Source: Chloroflexota bacterium
GTDB lineage: Bacteria > Chloroflexota > UBA11872
Assembly: GCA_034422315.1 (NCBI GenBank)
Contig: DAOUJT010000176.1
Coordinates: 3,075-67,074 of the forward strand
Length of the DNA stretch: 64,000 nt
Direction: 5' to 3'
Of the stretch, positions 61,581-64,000 are shown piece by piece. The notes under the pieces are model-generated. The model was not told the origin of the DNA. It saw only the letters and a program-made list of their open reading frames with translations, and ran no database searches. Positions within the stretch are counted from its first letter, which is position 1. The number at the start of each line of letters is the position of its first letter. The translations under genes were made by a program, and so were the position numbers.

Positions 61581-64000
61581 ATGCGCCAATTGACGGTTGT
61601 CGCCACTGCGCTGGCACTCGCCGCCGCCGTTGCGGCGCCCGCCTATGCGATCGAGTGTGACGGCACCGCCTTGCCCGACGGCTGCCTGTTCACCATCACC
61701 GGCGGCGACACCGCAGACCCCAATGACGGCTTCGCCGTCACCAATGCCGACGGCGTGCCGGTATGGGATTTCGTGCGGGAGCGGGACCTTCAGGCCATCG
61801 GCTATCCGATCAGCCAACGCTGGATCGACGGGCCATTCACCTTGCAGGCGTTTCAGAAAGTCATCCTGCAGTGGAGCCCTGGCAAACAGCGCATGAACTG
61901 GTACAACACCCTGGACGCCCTAGCCACCATGTATCCGCACGTCGAGTTGCCCAGCGTGCCGCCGCATCAAGCCTTGGAGGCTGACCAGGGCGTCACGGAC
62001 TTCGGCGCCATCATGCGCAACCACTTGGCGCTCCTCGACGCTAATCCCAAGATCAAGGCCGCCTTTCTTGCCGAGCCCAACTGGCTCAATCTCTACGGCC
62101 TCCCGATCCGTTACGAAGAGCGTGAGGTCGACGGCAATCCCCATGGTCTCCAAGTCCTCCGCGCCCAGCGCACCGTCTTCGCAATCTGGAACGTGCCGGC
62201 TCCGGGCACAACCGTTGGCGCCGTTGTCCTCCAAAACGTTCCAGACCAGATCAAGCGGTTGAGCAACATCATTATTCCCGATATCGCCAAAGCACCGATC
62301 GCACTAAACCCGCGTCGCGATTTGGATATTCACTTCTCGTCCGCGCTACACACCGTAACAAACAGCGATCCCGGCATCGCCAATCTTATAACCCAGCCAT
62401 GGTTCAATGAACATATAACCGACGAGCAAAAGGCGTGGATCATTGCCCTGCAATATTTTTCTAGCTATACTTCCTTTCAGCGTCCAATCGAAAGCTATTA
62501 TATTGGTGCATATACGATATCTCTCGACGCGAATCGCCGCATCAACGTTTGGATCATTAAGGAGACTCAGTTCGACGATAAAGATGAGCTATCGCAGCGT
62601 GTTGAAGACTTCGTTCGGATCTCAGAGGAGTTCCTGGGCATTCCGTTTCCAACCACCGACATCGTCATTTCGCTTACAAACGACTATAACAACATCGGGT
62701 TCGGATCATACGGCGTAAATCTCTATAGTTACCTGATACTTAATGAGAATTACCTATCATCCCTCGAGCATGAGCTTGCGCACTACTTCTTCAACAGAAG
62801 CCTCGCCAACTCGGATTTCGCCAATATATGGCAGGTAGAAGGCGGCGCGGATTTTCTAGCCGCATACGTAAACCACCGCTCCGGACGCGAGCACATCACA
62901 GAACATCGAGAAACAGTAGCCGCTAATGTAAAAGCCACCTGCATCGATAAGCTAGGATATCACAACCTTCATCAGCTCAATATACAATTCCAGAGAACCT
63001 ACGATCGTGAGACCGGATCTTGCGCCTACGAATTCGGCGATCTCTTTTTCATGGAAATTCTTGCTATCGTGGGAGACACGTCCCTGGGACTATCGTTAGG
63101 TGAGGTTCATGCCCCAAGCTATGGCTATGGCGCTTATGGATATGGCACAACTGACGAGGAGCTTTACCAAATACTCCTAAGAAATGCTCCGAAAGAATCA
63201 AGAGACGCATTGCGCAACTTGTATCGTCAACTACACGGCGCACCATTCACGTTGGCCACATCCGAGCCGGTGCCAGTGTCGCTACACCCTGCCGTTGCCC
63301 CGGTCCTCATTGAATTCCTTTCTTGGGCTGAAAATCCACCCGACTCTCATCACGCCGATGTTCTGAAAGACCTTGTCTCACTCTGGTGGATTGACAATGA
63401 TCTGATGATCGACCTTGCGCAATACCATTGGGTCATCGATGGGGTTAACCATAAGGAATCGTCCGCAATTGACGATATCCGCCGCATCGCAGCCACGGAC
63501 GTCGAACTAGGCAAGCTGGCTTCGCGCTTTAGTTGGATAGTCGATGACATCAAGCACTGGGAAGATTGGGCAATCCGGGATCTACGCCTTATGGTGGAAC
63601 GCAATCTTGACGCAAGCAGGATCGTAATGAACTACCCGTGGATAAAAGATAGTCTAACATTCGATGAGGCCGACGCTATATTTTTCTTTGCATTGGTCTC
63701 TCAAAGTGAGTATTTTGCGACCGTTGAAGAGCGCGGTATTACCGAAACAATCGTAACGCTTCCTTGGGTTTTGGATGGTTTGAGCCGGACGGAGGTTCGG
63801 GTGCTCGGCAGCCTCCAAACCGCTGCCGATCATGGCAAGGACTTTTTGATACAGGTGATGTCGATTCCGTGGGTCGCAGACGGAATCTCATCTGCCCACG
63901 AATCCGGGGCGCTGGAGATTATAGAAAAAATGGCATGGGTGGACATCGGGCTCACGAAGGCAGTGTTGAAACTACCGTGGACAGCCGACGGTTGGGACTT
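61581..64000 (+). CDS. Secreted HExxH zinc-metalloprotease-like protein, 3'-partial (not in the supplied ORF track)
   Basis: I translated this frame codon by codon from 61521 to 64000 and found no stop. Signal-like 'MRQLTVVATALALAAAVAAPAYA'. 'SLEHELAHYFF' is followed 20 residues later by 'WQVEGGADF' (gluzincin-like). The C-terminal part has repeated 'PW(V/I/T).DG(L/I/W)' units. An alternative GTG start lies at 61566. Confidence 0.75.
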   Translation, partial: MRQLTVVATALALAAAVAAPAYAIECDGTALPDGCLFTITGGDTADPNDGFAVTNADGVPVWDFVRERDLQAIGYPISQRWIDGPFTLQAFQKVILQWSPGKQRMNWYNTLDALATMYPHVELPSVPPHQALEADQGVTDFGAIMRNHLALLDANPKIKAAFLAEPNWLNLYGLPIRYEEREVDGNPHGLQVLRAQRTVFAIWNVPAPGTTVGAVVLQNVPDQIKRLSNIIIPDIAKAPIALNPRRDLDIHFSSALHTVTNSDPGIANLITQPWFNEHITDEQKAWIIALQYFSSYTSFQRPIESYYIGAYTISLDANRRINVWIIKETQFDDKDELSQRVEDFVRISEEFLGIPFPTTDIVISLTNDYNNIGFGSYGVNLYSYLILNENYLSSLEHELAHYFFNRSLANSDFANIWQVEGGADFLAAYVNHRSGREHITEHRETVAANVKATCIDKLGYHNLHQLNIQFQRTYDRETGSCAYEFGDLFFMEILAIVGDTSLGLSLGEVHAPSYGYGAYGYGTTDEELYQILLRNAPKESRDALRNLYRQLHGAPFTLATSEPVPVSLHPAVAPVLIEFLSWAENPPDSHHADVLKDLVSLWWIDNDLMIDLAQYHWVIDGVNHKESSAIDDIRRIAATDVELGKLASRFSWIVDDIKHWEDWAIRDLRLMVERNLDASRIVMNYPWIKDSLTFDEADAIFFFALVSQSEYFATVEERGITETIVTLPWVLDGLSRTEVRVLGSLQTAADHGKDFLIQVMSIPWVADGISSAHESGALEIIEKMAWVDIGLTKAVLKLPWTADGWD

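Noticed and set aside
1-64000. CRISPR arrays, rRNA genes, intact tRNA genes
   Set aside because: I saw no regularly spaced short direct repeats with unique spacers and no rRNA-like conserved blocks. The only tRNA-like sequence is the 3' fragment at 32733-32768.

Overview
This is a high-GC bacterial chromosomal segment (about 68-70% GC by eye, with strong GGAGG-type ribosome-binding sites). A large accessory region sits inside a backbone of giant LRR/fibronectin-III surface proteins and fused histidine-kinase/response-regulator genes. All domain calls come from motifs read by eye; nothing was searched.

Layout:
- (1) 1-5.2 kb: the 3' part of a giant LRR/FN3/Calx-beta/cadherin surface protein, then a decayed OmpR-type response-regulator fragment.
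- (2) 5.3-27.5 kb: a Gram-positive-style conjugative/replicative module. The minus strand carries a replication-relaxation protein, a coupling ATPase, a VirB4-like ATPase, PrgI/VirB3-like, VirB2-like and VirB6-like proteins. The plus strand carries a primase, Rad52-like annealase, PD-(D/E)xK exonuclease, SSB, RadC/JAB, an N6-type methyltransferase and an SNF2 helicase. I found no integrase and no canonical relaxase in the window.
- (3) 27.7-49.2 kb: a mosaic, lower-GC defence island.
  - A retropepsin-like pair, an orphan glycine-tail protein, an ApeA-like HEPN protein and a short stand-alone SIR2 protein.
  - A degenerate tRNA 3' fragment (a likely integration scar).
  - A 14-kb co-directional array in which a helicase (SNF2+DUF3883-like) / DUF1156-like methylase / DUF499-like ATPase system carries three other modules between its genes: HEPN-MNT, SIR2-HerA and DUF433-DUF5615.
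  - A small low-GC cassette of unknown genes bounded by strong hairpin terminators.
  - An IS1595-family transposase remnant.
- (4) 49.5-64 kb: backbone again.
  - An FN3/cadherin-like secreted protein and a collapsed pseudogene copy of the neighbouring 1807-aa LRR/FN3 protein.
  - REP/MITE-like palindromes and a duplicated divergent promoter segment with poly-C tracts of different length.
  - A single-polypeptide GAF-PAS-HK-REC-wHTH protein and several pseudogene fragments.
  - A long HExxH metalloprotease-like ORF that runs off the right edge and is absent from the supplied ORF track.

Many long ORFs in the track are antisense or alternative-frame shadows typical of high-GC DNA and are not called. 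No rRNA gene, intact tRNA gene or CRISPR array was seen.
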